From: a bacterium
Lineage (GTDB): Bacteria > UBA8248
Length of the DNA stretch: 64,000 nt
Direction: 5' to 3'
Assembly (NCBI GenBank): GCA_965200245.1
Contig: CBDATS010000004.1
Coordinates: 1,152,001 to 1,216,000, forward strand
Shown: positions 27,774-38,600 of the stretch, piece by piece
Numbering within the stretch: position 1 is the stretch's first letter
Layout: each line of letters starts with the position of its first letter
Program-made: the position numbers and the translations under genes
The notes under the pieces: model-generated
Told to the model about the DNA's origin: nothing
The model's input: only the letters and a program-made list of their open reading frames with translations
Database searches by the model: none

Positions 27774-28937
27774 ATGAAGCCGCTGTCACTCTACGTCCAT
27801 ATACCTTTTTGCATCGCCAAGTGCGGATACTGCGACTTCAACTCCTACGCCCTCGACACCCTGCTGGAAAAAGGCCACGCGGACGAGGACTGGGGGCGTC
27901 GCTACGCGGATTCACTGGTCGAGGAGGCAGCCAGCCGCGTCGAGGAGTACTCCCTACGGGGCAGAAAACTCACGACGATATTCTTCGGAGGCGGCACGCC
28001 CTCACTGTTTCCGGCGGGAGAAACGAGACGCGTTCTGGACTTCATCGCCGCATCGTTCGACCTGTGCACCGATTGCGAGATCACGCTCGAGGCGAACCCG
28101 GGCGCGGCGGAGTGCGAGCGTTTCAGCGCGTTGCGCGAGGCGGGCGTCAACCGCATCAGCATCGGCGTCCAGACATTCGACAACACAGATCTCCAGAAAC
28201 TCGACCGCGTTCACACGGGCGACGACGCCCGAAACGCATTTCGCTCCGCGCGCGAGGCGGGTTTCACCAACGTATCGCTCGACCTCATGTTCGGAATCCC
28301 GTATCAGACGATTGCCATGGCTGAACGAGACATCGAGTGCGCCATCGCCCTCGGCCCCGAACACCTCTCAGCCTACGAACTGACCATCGAGCGGGGCACG
28401 GAGTTTCATGCGCGTCAGGCGCGGGGCAAATTGAGCGGTCTTCCCGATGAGGAGACGGCCCTTCGCATGTGGGAGATCAGGGATTCGGCCCTCGCTGAAG
28501 CCGGCTACGAACGTTATGAAATAAGCAATTTCGCAAAACCCGGTTTCGCGTGCAGGCACAACCTGAACTACTGGAAGAGGGGGGACTACCTGGGAATCGG
28601 CGCAGGCGCGCATTCGCTTCTCGAGGGGGAACGCTTGTGGAACTATGCGAGACCTGACGTCTATGCACGCAATGCGGGAGCCCCCACCGCAGGTTCCGAG
28701 CGCGTGGACGACCCCGAAAAAGTGATTGGCGAGGCCCTGATGCTCGGCCTGCGCATGAGGGAGGGCGTTTCGCTTGATCGAATCGCGCGGGATTGCGGCA
28801 CAGACCCCGAAGATGTGTTCGGGGAGTTGTTCGAGGAACTGGAAAAGGCAGGCCTGGTGGCGAGAGAGAACGGCAGCCTTCGACTTTCGGACAGGGGAAC
28901 GTTGCTGGCGAATCAAGTGTTGGCGAAATTCGTATAA
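27774..28937 (+). CDS. hemW: Radical-SAM heme chaperone HemW
   Basis: LYVHIPFCIAKCGYCDF, FFGGGTPS, YEISNF and HNLNYW. Confidence 0.93.
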   Translation: MKPLSLYVHIPFCIAKCGYCDFNSYALDTLLEKGHADEDWGRRYADSLVEEAASRVEEYSLRGRKLTTIFFGGGTPSLFPAGETRRVLDFIAASFDLCTDCEITLEANPGAAECERFSALREAGVNRISIGVQTFDNTDLQKLDRVHTGDDARNAFRSAREAGFTNVSLDLMFGIPYQTIAMAERDIECAIALGPEHLSAYELTIERGTEFHARQARGKLSGLPDEETALRMWEIRDSALAEAGYERYEISNFAKPGFACRHNLNYWKRGDYLGIGAGAHSLLEGERLWNYARPDVYARNAGAPTAGSERVDDPEKVIGEALMLGLRMREGVSLDRIARDCGTDPEDVFGELFEELEKAGLVARENGSLRLSDRGTLLANQVLAKFV

Positions 28938-28949
28938 AGGAGAACACGC

Positions 28950-29372
28950 ATGCCTCCCGTAGCGGTCATCGAAAAAATACGCGCCCCGGCGCAAGAGGTG
29001 TTCCACTTCATCGGTCACGTGGAAACGCATCCGGAAATCGCGGATTTCAGCCAGAGCGTCCACATCATCTCCGAGCGGAAAAGCGGCGTGGGGACACGCT
29101 TTCACCAGGTCTACACGAACGGGGCGGAACACGTTTCTGAAATTGTCGTCTGGGAGCCGAACGAAAAAATCGTCTGGCATAACTTCGAGGGAGACGAAAA
29201 AACACCCGTCATGATCATCAGTTACTACTTCGAGGAGGAAGGCCCCTGCACCCACGTTCTCCACACGGTAGAGTGCGAGGAATACGAAAACCAGACCAGA
29301 CACCGAGACGGCACACTCCGGAACATCCGCGAACTGGCGAACCTGAAGAAGATTCTGGAAGGGGGAGCGTAG
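28950..29372 (+). CDS. SRPBCC/START family protein
   Basis: IRAPAQEVF, GVGTRF, WEPNEKI and LANLKKILE. Confidence 0.82.
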   Translation: MPPVAVIEKIRAPAQEVFHFIGHVETHPEIADFSQSVHIISERKSGVGTRFHQVYTNGAEHVSEIVVWEPNEKIVWHNFEGDEKTPVMIISYYFEEEGPCTHVLHTVECEEYENQTRHRDGTLRNIRELANLKKILEGGA

Positions 29373-29429
29373 GGACAGTACCCATCCTGAACAGGGACAA
29401 CCCCTTCGCAGGTTACCCGACTCTTCCCC

Positions 29430-31199
29430 TCATGAAACCTCCTCCCATTGCTCGCTGAGGCGACGTCCCAGATCCGGTTCGACAAGAATCGTCTCATGCG
29501 CCCCGAGCAGAACCTGACCGGGGCGGCCCCCTCCAGGCCTCCTCAAGCGCGAGAAGGGAAGATAGGCGACGATGAGTTTGGAATCCGTCCGCCCCCGACT
29601 GAAATACGCCGCGAACGCCGCCGCCTGGGCGAGAATCTCAGGGTCCGGATCCCCCGCTTCGCCGTCTGTGCGGCGCAAGAGCACGTGGCTGCCCGGCACC
29701 TCCCGGGCGTGAAGCCAGGTATCATTGGCCCGGCCCACGCGCATGAATATCTCGTCGTTTCCCATAGCGTTCCTGCCGACGACGACCTCCCAGCCTGCCT
29801 GGGAGACGAACCGCCTGTAGGGCCTGGCGCGTACAGCCTGCCTTCCCCTGGCGCGCGCTTCCTTTTCCTGCCTCTCGCCCCTTTGCCCAGCGTAGCCCGC
29901 TTGCGCGAGCGATTCTTCCACTACCGAGACGTCCTCGACCTCTTCCGCCGTCTCGAGGTCAAAGGCCAGAACGGCGATGAACTTCTTTTCTTCTTCCATC
30001 TCCTGCAAGCGCACAAGTGCTGTCGAGGCGCGCCGCTTCAGCTTCTTGTAGCGGCGAAAATACCTCTGTGCGTTTTCAGAAGGCGTGAGCCGGGGGTCGA
30101 GAGTGATTTCGAGCGGTGCATCCTTGTCCTGAAAGCAGAAAACTCCGGTCTTCTCATTCACCTCGCCCAGATGCGCAAGCAAAAGCTCCCCTTTTCTCAG
30201 CACGTGTTCCGCCTCGTCGGCGGAGGCCAGATCCCTGCGCACCGCCTCGATGGAGACGTCCAACCGATCCCCCGCGCGACGCAAGGTCCTGGCAATCCGT
30301 TTTTTTCGCTCAACGAGGCGAGCGTCTTTCACGAACCGCCCGAAAAACGCATCCGCCGCCTCGTTCATGGAATCGAACGCGCGGTATGTGCCCGGGTTCG
30401 CGTCAGGGATTCGGGCTGCACTCAGCCCCACAGGACCGCCGTCCGGTCCCAGCACCCAGGCGGGGGCGAATTCCCGTTTCCGGTAACTCTCGATCGCGCC
30501 CGTCAGTGCATCCACAGCGCCTGTCCATCCATCCCCGGAACCTGAGATGAGAGATATCTCCCGTGCCAGGGCCGGACTCACACCCGCCACCGTGCGTACC
30601 AGCCAGCGCGCGAACTCTGCCCGGTCAGCTGATGCGAGATTCGCCTTGTGAATCATTTCCGACAATCCTTCTTTCGTGAGATCGGCCGGATTCTGCTTTT
30701 TCTGCTCGGGCGGAAGCCGGTATCTGCCGCCTCTCTCCAGCGGACGCGGGTTGTGCGGGCCGGGCGAAACAAGTCTTTTGGCTTCCAGTATCTCGCCCGT
30801 CGCGCCTTTCAGGAGCACGAAGTTGCTCCAGCGGCCCATGACTTCCGCCATGAGCGCGAAAGAGTCGTTTCCCGGGCCCCCTCCACGTTCGAAGGAAAAC
30901 TGGAGCACGCGTTCCCACTCTCCCGCCGCTGCCCGGGTGAGCCGAAGGCCGGTCAAGTGTTTTCTGAGTGCCCGGCAAAATGTGGGCGCCTCGGGCAGGC
31001 TCGGGGGAGGGTCTTCGCACAGATGAACGCGCGGGTACGCGGGGTCCGCGCTCATGAGGAGGGCACACCTTCTCCTTCCCCCGCCCGAGAACAAGAGGAC
31101 TACCGTATGCGCGTCAGCTTGAGAGATTCTTTCCAAGCGTGCGCCCAGAAGATTTTCGCTCAACTCCGCCACAATCGCCTGAAGCACGAAGGTATCCAT
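29430..31199 (-). CDS. rqcH: NFACT / RqcH (FbpA-like) ribosome quality control factor
   Basis: FCRALRKHL, EVMGRWSN, ENAQRYFRRYKK, GRNAMGND and WLHAREVPGSHV. Confidence 0.92.
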   Translation of the reverse strand: MDTFVLQAIVAELSENLLGARLERISQADAHTVVLLFSGGGRRRCALLMSADPAYPRVHLCEDPPPSLPEAPTFCRALRKHLTGLRLTRAAAGEWERVLQFSFERGGGPGNDSFALMAEVMGRWSNFVLLKGATGEILEAKRLVSPGPHNPRPLERGGRYRLPPEQKKQNPADLTKEGLSEMIHKANLASADRAEFARWLVRTVAGVSPALAREISLISGSGDGWTGAVDALTGAIESYRKREFAPAWVLGPDGGPVGLSAARIPDANPGTYRAFDSMNEAADAFFGRFVKDARLVERKKRIARTLRRAGDRLDVSIEAVRRDLASADEAEHVLRKGELLLAHLGEVNEKTGVFCFQDKDAPLEITLDPRLTPSENAQRYFRRYKKLKRRASTALVRLQEMEEEKKFIAVLAFDLETAEEVEDVSVVEESLAQAGYAGQRGERQEKEARARGRQAVRARPYRRFVSQAGWEVVVGRNAMGNDEIFMRVGRANDTWLHAREVPGSHVLLRRTDGEAGDPDPEILAQAAAFAAYFSRGRTDSKLIVAYLPFSRLRRPGGGRPGQVLLGAHETILVEPDLGRRLSEQWEEVS

Positions 31200-31314
31200 G
31201 AATCGATCCAAATCCGGGAATATCCGACCCGTGAGCGTAAATTGACACGCCTTGTACGGAAAATTATTGTAGTCTTTTTCCGGTTGACTGTTAACGATGC
31301 ATGATAGGGCGAAC

Positions 31315-32187
31315 ATGATAGACAGCATGACGGGTTACGGTTCGGGGGAGAGGCCGCTGGGTGAGGCTCATATCAGCGTAGAGATACGTTCGGTGAACCA
31401 CCGCTACCTGGAAGTCTCCTGCCGGGGGCCGCGCTGGTCTCTCGCTCTTGAGGGCGAGGTGCGCGAGGCGGTGAAAAAGCGCTTTTCCCGGGGGCGTTTC
31501 GACATCTATATCCGATCGGGCGAGGAGGGAAATCACGCATCTCTCATCGACGCCGAGGCCGCGAAATCCATTCTTGCGGACCTCACGACACTGAAAAAAA
31601 AACTGGGCATTTCCGGCGAAGTCGACCTTTCGATACTCATGGGCTTTCGGGATCTGATTAAACGCGCCGAGCCCGAACCGGACAAGGAGGAGATTCATTC
31701 CGCCCTCCTGGAATCCCTGGACGATGCGCTGGGCACCCTGGGAAGTATGCGTGAAAAAGAAGGCAGCGCGCTCGCCAGCGACATTCTCGAGCATCTCGCC
31801 TCCGTGAAGTCCGGATGCAATGAGATACGCGATCGCCTGCCCGAGGCGCGCAAGCTGCTCACCGAGCGGATGCGCGAGCGGATTCTTGAACTCGCAGCCG
31901 GTGTCGAGGTGGACAGGGGGCGTCTCGAACAGGAGATGATCTACGCAGCCGAACGCGGGGACATCAGCGAAGAACTCAGCCGTCTCGACAGCCACGTCGC
32001 GCGATTTCGCGAGATGCTCGAAGGCGAAGGCCCCATCGGCCGAAAGCTGGATTTCCTCACCCAGGAGATGAACCGGGAGGCCAACACGATTTCGTCGAAA
32101 TCCATCGACCTCGCCCTGACCCAGAGTGCGGTCGAGGTAAAAAGCGCCATCGAGAAAATCCGCGAACAGGTGCAAAACGTCGAATGA
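31315..32187 (+). CDS. yicC: YicC/YloC family endoribonuclease
   Basis: SMTGYG, SVNHRYLE, GRKLDFLTQEMNREANT and IREQVQNVE. Confidence 0.96.
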   Translation: MIDSMTGYGSGERPLGEAHISVEIRSVNHRYLEVSCRGPRWSLALEGEVREAVKKRFSRGRFDIYIRSGEEGNHASLIDAEAAKSILADLTTLKKKLGISGEVDLSILMGFRDLIKRAEPEPDKEEIHSALLESLDDALGTLGSMREKEGSALASDILEHLASVKSGCNEIRDRLPEARKLLTERMRERILELAAGVEVDRGRLEQEMIYAAERGDISEELSRLDSHVARFREMLEGEGPIGRKLDFLTQEMNREANTISSKSIDLALTQSAVEVKSAIEKIREQVQNVE

Positions 32188-32765
32188 TGCAGGGCTGGGG
32201 CCACCTATTCGTTCTTTCCGCTCCTTCGGGGGCGGGTAAATCCACGCTCATCGACCGCTCCTGCCGGGAGCTTCCCAAAATCTGGCACTCGATAAGCGCT
32301 ACGACGCGCCCCAGACGCGAATACGAACAGGACGGGGTGCACTATTTCTTCCTGGAGAAAACACGGTTCGACGAGATGATCGCCGGAAACGAATTTCTCG
32401 AATGGGCACGCGTTTTCGAGGAATACTACGGAACACCCGTCGAGGCGGTGGACACACGCCTGGCCGGCGGAGATGACGTGATCATGGATCTGGACGTGCA
32501 GGGTGCGCTGCAAGTCAAGAGAAGACGTAAGGAGGCAAGCCTCATCTTCGTCATGCCTCCTTCGCTGGACGAACTCGCAAGGCGCCTTGAAAGCCGTGCG
32601 ACGGAAGCCGACGAGGACGTCCAATTCCGGCTATCGAAAGCCAGGGAGGAGATGGCACAAAGCCATCAATACGACCACGTCATCGTCAACGACGACCTGG
32701 ACGCCGCGTTCTGCGAACTCAAAAAGATCATTCTCAGACAACGCGGAGAGGTCGGTTCCCCGTGA
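32184..32765 (+). CDS. gmk: Guanylate kinase
   Basis: SAPSGAGKST, TTRPRR, FLEWA and DVQGA. Confidence 0.96.
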   Translation: MMQGWGHLFVLSAPSGAGKSTLIDRSCRELPKIWHSISATTRPRREYEQDGVHYFFLEKTRFDEMIAGNEFLEWARVFEEYYGTPVEAVDTRLAGGDDVIMDLDVQGALQVKRRRKEASLIFVMPPSLDELARRLESRATEADEDVQFRLSKAREEMAQSHQYDHVIVNDDLDAAFCELKKIILRQRGEVGSP

Positions 32766-34000
32766 GCGAACAGGCGCAGGCCCCTCTCGGCGGCAAGAAA
32801 ACTGTACTCGGCGTATCGGGCGGCATCGCCTCGTACAAGTCGATTGACCTCGCCCGTCTGCTCGTGCTCGACGGGGCCGAAGTACATACCGTTCTGACGC
32901 AAAGCGCCGCCTCATTCGTGCAGCCCCTGCCCTTCGAAGTGCTCACAGGCGTGACACCCATCCAGAGGATGTTCCCGATCGAAGGAGGCGAATCCACAGG
33001 CGACATGCCGCACATCTCCCTGACGGAGGGTGCAGACCTCATTATTATCGCACCGGCTACTGCGAACATCATCGGGAAATTCGCACAGGGGGTGGGGGAT
33101 GATTTTCTCTCCACGCTCCTTTTGTCCGCAAAGCCGCCCGTGCTTGTCACTCCCGCCATGAACCCGCGCATGTGGGCCTCACCCGCCGTTCAGAAGAATG
33201 TCACCATCTTGCGCGAGAGGGACCATCTCGTGATGGAACCGGGCGTGGGCCGCATGGCGCGTACGGAGGAAGGAACAGGCCGCGGGCGCATGCCCGAGCC
33301 ACAGGAGATTCTTCTGGCCGCGCGATCGATTCTCCTCCCGAATCCCGACCTGGCCGGCATGAAATTGATCGTCACGGCGGGACCCACACGGGAGAGGTGG
33401 GACGCCGTGCGCTATCTCTCGAACCGGTCGAGCGGCAAGATGGGCTTCGCTCTGGCGGGAAAGGCAGCGTTGCGGGGCGCGGAAGTCCTTCTTGTAAGCG
33501 GCCCCGCTGCCCTTCCCGATCCACCGGGCGTTCGCGTCGTTCGCGTGGAATCGGCCGCCCAGATGTACGAGGCGGTGAAGAACGAATGGACACACACTCA
33601 CGCCATCGTCATGGCTGCCGCCGTGGCGGACTACCGGCCGGTCCATCCATCAAACCAAAAACACAAAAAAAGCGACGGGCCCCTAGCTGTCGAACTCGAA
33701 CGAACGACGGACATCCTCGCCGAACTCGCGAAGGACAGGGGAAGCAGAATCCTGGTCGGCTTCGCCGCCGAGACCGAAGAAGTGATGGCGCGTGCGAAGG
33801 AAAAACTCGCGCGAAAGGGGCTGGATATCATCGTGGCGAACAGGGTCTCGGGTGACGAGGACGCGATGGGTGCTGACGTCTCGCGTGCATGGCTCATCGA
33901 CTCGAAAACGACCGAAGGACTCCCCATGCTCGAAAAAGGGATTGTTGCCGAACGCATCCTCGACCGCCTCGCCAGGATGTGGCAGAATCACCAATCATGA
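32762..34000 (+). CDS. coaBC: Bifunctional phosphopantothenoylcysteine decarboxylase/ligase
   Basis: GGIASYK, APATAN, PAMNPRM, NRSSGKMG and GFAAET. Confidence 0.96.
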   Translation: MSEQAQAPLGGKKTVLGVSGGIASYKSIDLARLLVLDGAEVHTVLTQSAASFVQPLPFEVLTGVTPIQRMFPIEGGESTGDMPHISLTEGADLIIIAPATANIIGKFAQGVGDDFLSTLLLSAKPPVLVTPAMNPRMWASPAVQKNVTILRERDHLVMEPGVGRMARTEEGTGRGRMPEPQEILLAARSILLPNPDLAGMKLIVTAGPTRERWDAVRYLSNRSSGKMGFALAGKAALRGAEVLLVSGPAALPDPPGVRVVRVESAAQMYEAVKNEWTHTHAIVMAAAVADYRPVHPSNQKHKKSDGPLAVELERTTDILAELAKDRGSRILVGFAAETEEVMARAKEKLARKGLDIIVANRVSGDEDAMGADVSRAWLIDSKTTEGLPMLEKGIVAERILDRLARMWQNHQS

Positions 34001-34034
34001 TTTCTGATTCAGACGCGTCCGTCGGTCCAAGAGG

Positions 34035-34892
34035 ATGAACCGCGCACAACTGGCCAAAGAAATACTCGGACACCTGAAAAACCAGCACGCCGCAGGAATC
34101 GGCTACGTGAGTCTGGGCACTCCGGGTGCGTCAGTTCCCAAAACGGCGTGCCCGGTAACGGTTCCACCTCCCAACACAAACGAGCCCGGAACAGTTCCCG
34201 AACAGAAGGCCTTGATTCCGCAGGCGACACCCGAAACTACCCTGGCCCCAATGGCGAAACGCAGAGCCTCCGGTCCCGAGCCACCACCCCTGCCATTCGA
34301 TCCTGAAGCCGAGATAACGCTCGACGAGCTTCACGCCGCCGTGGCCGGCTGTCTGCGCTGCAAGCTTGGGCCGGGCCGGACGAACCTCGTGTTCGGGGTG
34401 GGGAACCCGGCGGCGAACCTCGTCATCGTTGGCGAAGCGCCAGGGGCGAACGAAGACGCGGAGGGGATTCCCTTCGTGGGACGTGCGGGCCAGATGCTGA
34501 CCAAGATGATCGAAAACGTCATCGAGGTTCCACGCCAAGAGATCTACATCTGCAACATTCTGAAATGCCGCCCGCCGGGCAACCGCAATCCCGAACCAGA
34601 CGAGATAGACTGCTGTGAGCCGTATCTCCACAAGCAACTCGCCGTCATCCAGCCCCGGCTCATCCTGGCACTCGGGAAATTCGCCGCGCAGTGGCTGCTC
34701 CAGACGAAGACGCCCATCGGCAGGCTGCGGGGGAAGTTCGGGCGCTACCAGGGAATCCCCTGCCTATCGACGTACCACCCCGCTTATCTCCTGAGAAACC
34801 CGCGCGACAAAAAGCTGGTGCTCGAGGATCTGCTCAGGGTGAAGGCCGTCTACCACGGAGAGGCAAAGGCGGAAATCGAACTCTTCCGCTAG
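34035..34892 (+). CDS. udg: Family 4 uracil-DNA glycosylase
   Basis: CLRC, GEAPGANED, KCRPPGNR and YHPAYLLR. Confidence 0.93.
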   Translation: MNRAQLAKEILGHLKNQHAAGIGYVSLGTPGASVPKTACPVTVPPPNTNEPGTVPEQKALIPQATPETTLAPMAKRRASGPEPPPLPFDPEAEITLDELHAAVAGCLRCKLGPGRTNLVFGVGNPAANLVIVGEAPGANEDAEGIPFVGRAGQMLTKMIENVIEVPRQEIYICNILKCRPPGNRNPEPDEIDCCEPYLHKQLAVIQPRLILALGKFAAQWLLQTKTPIGRLRGKFGRYQGIPCLSTYHPAYLLRNPRDKKLVLEDLLRVKAVYHGEAKAEIELFR

Positions 34893-34910
34893 CAGGAGAA
34901 GCGAGGCGGG

Positions 34911-35396
<486 letters not shown>

Positions 35397-35505
35397 TTAT
35401 TCCAGACTCAAAATATGGAAACTCACGTTGCTGCCAAGGTTTTTTTCATTTGCAAGTCAAACCCGCCACCAGGAGATGTTCGATTTCGCCTTTGAGGCCA
35501 CAGCC

Positions 35506-36201
35506 ATGAATGCAACTTTCGATCCGGTGAAAACAGGTACCTATAGTATCTCCGAAGCGGCCCGTTGCATCTCCGCTCCATATTCCACGATTTCCCGCTG
35601 GGCGGTAGGTCCCGGAACCAGGGCTTCACTCTTGAATATACCGTCCAAAAAACCAAACCTCATATCGTTCATGAACCTTACCGAACTTCACTTATTATGC
35701 ACGATAAGAAGAGAACACAAGATATCGACGCAAAAAATATTCAGTGCCATCGAATATCTGAAAAAATACGGAAAAAGCGAAGATGAGAAAAATTATCCTC
35801 CGGTCTGCAGCAGACTGCATGTGTACAGGGATCGCAGAGATCTATTTGTAAGGCACCTGGGCGTACTCGCAGAGACGAGCCGTTCCGGTCAAATCGCTAT
35901 GCACGACCTTATCGGCCTGGCTCTCGACAGAATCGAACTGGACGAAAAGGGCCATCCCGCGAAGTTCTATCCTTTCACGAGATACAGCATAAGGGAAAAT
36001 CCTCCCAGAAAAATTGTAATCGACCCTCAGATATCTTTTGGCCGTCCCGTCATATCAGGCACTGGAATTTCCATGAACATCGTTGCCGGCAGATATAAAG
36101 ACGGGGAATCCATTCGTTCGCTCTCCAAAGATTACGGATGTTCGACACAAGACATCGAAGAAGCCATCAGGGTCGAATTGCAACCTGATGTCGCTGCATG
36201 A
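35506..36201 (+). CDS. HTH-DUF433 antitoxin (VapB45-like)
   Basis: YSISEAAR, ISFMNLTE and IDPQISFGRPVISGTGI..DIEEAIR. Confidence 0.87.
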   Translation: MNATFDPVKTGTYSISEAARCISAPYSTISRWAVGPGTRASLLNIPSKKPNLISFMNLTELHLLCTIRREHKISTQKIFSAIEYLKKYGKSEDEKNYPPVCSRLHVYRDRRDLFVRHLGVLAETSRSGQIAMHDLIGLALDRIELDEKGHPAKFYPFTRYSIRENPPRKIVIDPQISFGRPVISGTGISMNIVAGRYKDGESIRSLSKDYGCSTQDIEEAIRVELQPDVAA

Positions 36202-36582
36202 AATACCGATCTTTTTTCTCGACAGATGCCTGGGGAGACGTCTGGTTGCATGCGGTTTTCGAAAAGAGAGTTTACGATGCGAGGTTAACGGCGATCACCT
36301 CGCCCAAACCGCAACCGATGAAGATGGCTCAGGTTCACGGTGGAAAACGGTTGGATAGTCATCACCAAAGACAAAAGGGTCAGGAACCGAACATCTTTCC
36401 TTCACTACCTGAATACCTGGTCAGGGCGGGTCTTCGTTATTTCAACCCGGAACAATTCGGCTGCAACGATGATTGAATGCATTTTGAAGGCGAAGAACCG
36501 AATCGTAAGGTTTATCGAAAAGAATGAAGCTCCATTTATAGCCAGCATCTATCCAAACGGAAGCCTGAAAAAACACGAGTAG
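36188..36582 (+). pseudogene. VapC45-like PIN toxin with a 1-bp frameshift near 36325
   Basis: One frame gives IFFLDRCLG..ATDED, the next frame gives WLRFTVENGWIVITKDKRVR. Adding one T to GAAGATGGCTC restores DEDWL. Confidence 0.8.
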
Positions 36583-36663
36583 AAAACGAAAAATGGGTTT
36601 TCCCGGCATTTTCTACCCCTGAAACGGATTTCCTTCCACCTGGGAAACAGGCATACAATTCCC

Positions 36664-38130
36664 TCACTTGTCCTTCCTTCGCGCCCTTCTGCCCGGCATG
36701 GCGGGGTCGGTGGGGCGGCGATCCTCCATGGACTTCTCGTTGGGCACGTTCAGCCGTTCACCCAGGCGCTCGTTCAAGATTTCCTCGCGCATGGTGAGCC
36801 TTTTCCGGACTTCCGCCTCGTAACCCCGCGAGGTGGGATGGTAAAACCGCGTACCCTGAAGACCTTCGGGCATGCCCTCCATCTCCACGACCGCGTCGTC
36901 GAACTCATGTGCGTGCTGGTAGTCCCCGCCGTAGCCCAGGTCGCGCATGAGGCCGGTGGGCGCGTTTCTCAGGTGAAGCGGAACGGGGGCAGCGTCTTCC
37001 TCGCGCACGGCGCGCTCGGCGGCACCGAAACCCCGATAGACCGCATCGCTCTTGCGCGCCTGGGCGAGATAGACAACCGCCTGGGCGATGGCGAGCTTCC
37101 CCTCGGGGAGGCCGATGAAGTGAAACGCCTGCTGGGCCGCCATCGCCACGCTCAGCGCGTCCGGATCCGCCATTCCGACGTCTTCCGAAGCGAAACGCAC
37201 AAGACGCCGCAGTATGTACATAGGGTCTTCACCACCTTCGAGCATACGCGCCAGCCAGTAGAGGGCGGCGTCAGGGTCGGAAGCGCGCAGGGTCTTGTGA
37301 AGGGCGGAGATGAGATTGTAGTGTTCCTCGCCTGATTTGTCGTATAGAAGCGTCTTGCGCTGAGCGGCTTCACCCGCCAAGGTCAAGTTGATGCGGCGAT
37401 CCCTGCCCGCGAGGGCGGCGGTGGCTTCCAGGATGTTCAGGGCCGCGCGCGCGTCGCCACTGCTCAGGATGGCGACACGGCGAAGCGCATCGTCCTCGGC
37501 TTCAAGCTTCATGGCACCCAAACCGCATTCTCTATCTTCGAGTGCCCGGCGCAAAAGCGCTACGATATGCTCTTCCTTCAACCCTTCAAGCACGAACACG
37601 CGCGCGCGGGATAACAGGGGAGCGATGACCTCGAAGGAGGGATTCTCCGTCGTGGCGCCGATGAGCGTGAGCGTGCCGTTTTCCACGTGAGGCAGCAGAC
37701 CGTCCTGCTGGGCCTTGTTGAAGCGGTGTATCTCGTCGATGAAGAGAATCGTGCGCATCTTTCTTTGCTGCATGCGCTTCGCCTCGTCCACGGCGGCGCG
37801 CAACTCTTTCACCCCGTGGAGCACTGCGCTCAGCGTGATGAAGTGCGCACTCGTTTTTATTGCGATGATGCGCGCGAGCGTCGTCTTGCCCGTGCCGGGC
37901 GGCCCCCACAAGATGAGCGGACGCAGGCTATCTTCCTCCACGGCGCGCCTGAGTACGCGGCCGGGGCCAATCAGATGATCCTGGCCCAGCACCTCATCGA
38001 GCGTCTGCGGCCGCATGCGCTCTGCCAGGGGCGCCATGGAATCGGCTTGGTGCGTGCGTGCTTCGGCGGTGCTATCGCCGTCATCCGTCTGATCGAACAG
38101 GCCTCTTTCCAATGGCGTTCTCCCTATCAA
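36664..38130 (-). CDS. rarA: Replication-associated recombination protein A
   Basis: PLAERMRP, WGPPGTGKTT, DEIHRFNKAQQD and VPLHLRNAPT. Confidence 0.96.
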   Translation of the reverse strand: MIGRTPLERGLFDQTDDGDSTAEARTHQADSMAPLAERMRPQTLDEVLGQDHLIGPGRVLRRAVEEDSLRPLILWGPPGTGKTTLARIIAIKTSAHFITLSAVLHGVKELRAAVDEAKRMQQRKMRTILFIDEIHRFNKAQQDGLLPHVENGTLTLIGATTENPSFEVIAPLLSRARVFVLEGLKEEHIVALLRRALEDRECGLGAMKLEAEDDALRRVAILSSGDARAALNILEATAALAGRDRRINLTLAGEAAQRKTLLYDKSGEEHYNLISALHKTLRASDPDAALYWLARMLEGGEDPMYILRRLVRFASEDVGMADPDALSVAMAAQQAFHFIGLPEGKLAIAQAVVYLAQARKSDAVYRGFGAAERAVREEDAAPVPLHLRNAPTGLMRDLGYGGDYQHAHEFDDAVVEMEGMPEGLQGTRFYHPTSRGYEAEVRKRLTMREEILNERLGERLNVPNEKSMEDRRPTDPAMPGRRARRKDK

Positions 38131-38600
38131 CCGATATGACCTATTGTAGCACCCACATTCGTGGCTTTCGAAACGAGTTTCCGTTTTGGAACGGAGGGAG
38201 AAAGTTCTTTCACGTTTCCTCCCTCTCCGGTTGCAGATGACCCTGGCATGACAATGACCTGACAGAAAATCAGGATCGTCATGATCAAGTTCATTTCGGG
38301 GTTATCGTTCACAGTTCACATAACAGAAGATTTTGCAAAACATCTTTATGGTTCCCGAATTTTTCCCCAGGATAGGACACGGTAGCGGTGCCGGGAAATT
38401 CTGCCATGGCCCGAGAGGCACACGATAACGGCAAATGCGAGGAATTGCAGGCCGTTTAGACCCAGGCGCGAAAAAAGAACTGTTACAACCATTTGATAGA
38501 ACTTGAGTTATAACGAAGCTGCCAAAAGGTGCCGCGAACGATACCCACGGGCTTCGTTTTGTGGTTTGATGAGGTATCCCTATGTCGCGCAGGAGGTTGT

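Noticed and set aside
38313-38341. dif-like site (minus strand GTTTTGCAAAA-N7-TTATGTGAACT)
   Set aside because: The spacer is 7 rather than 6 bp, the XerC arm is weak, and no strand-skew switch is apparent.
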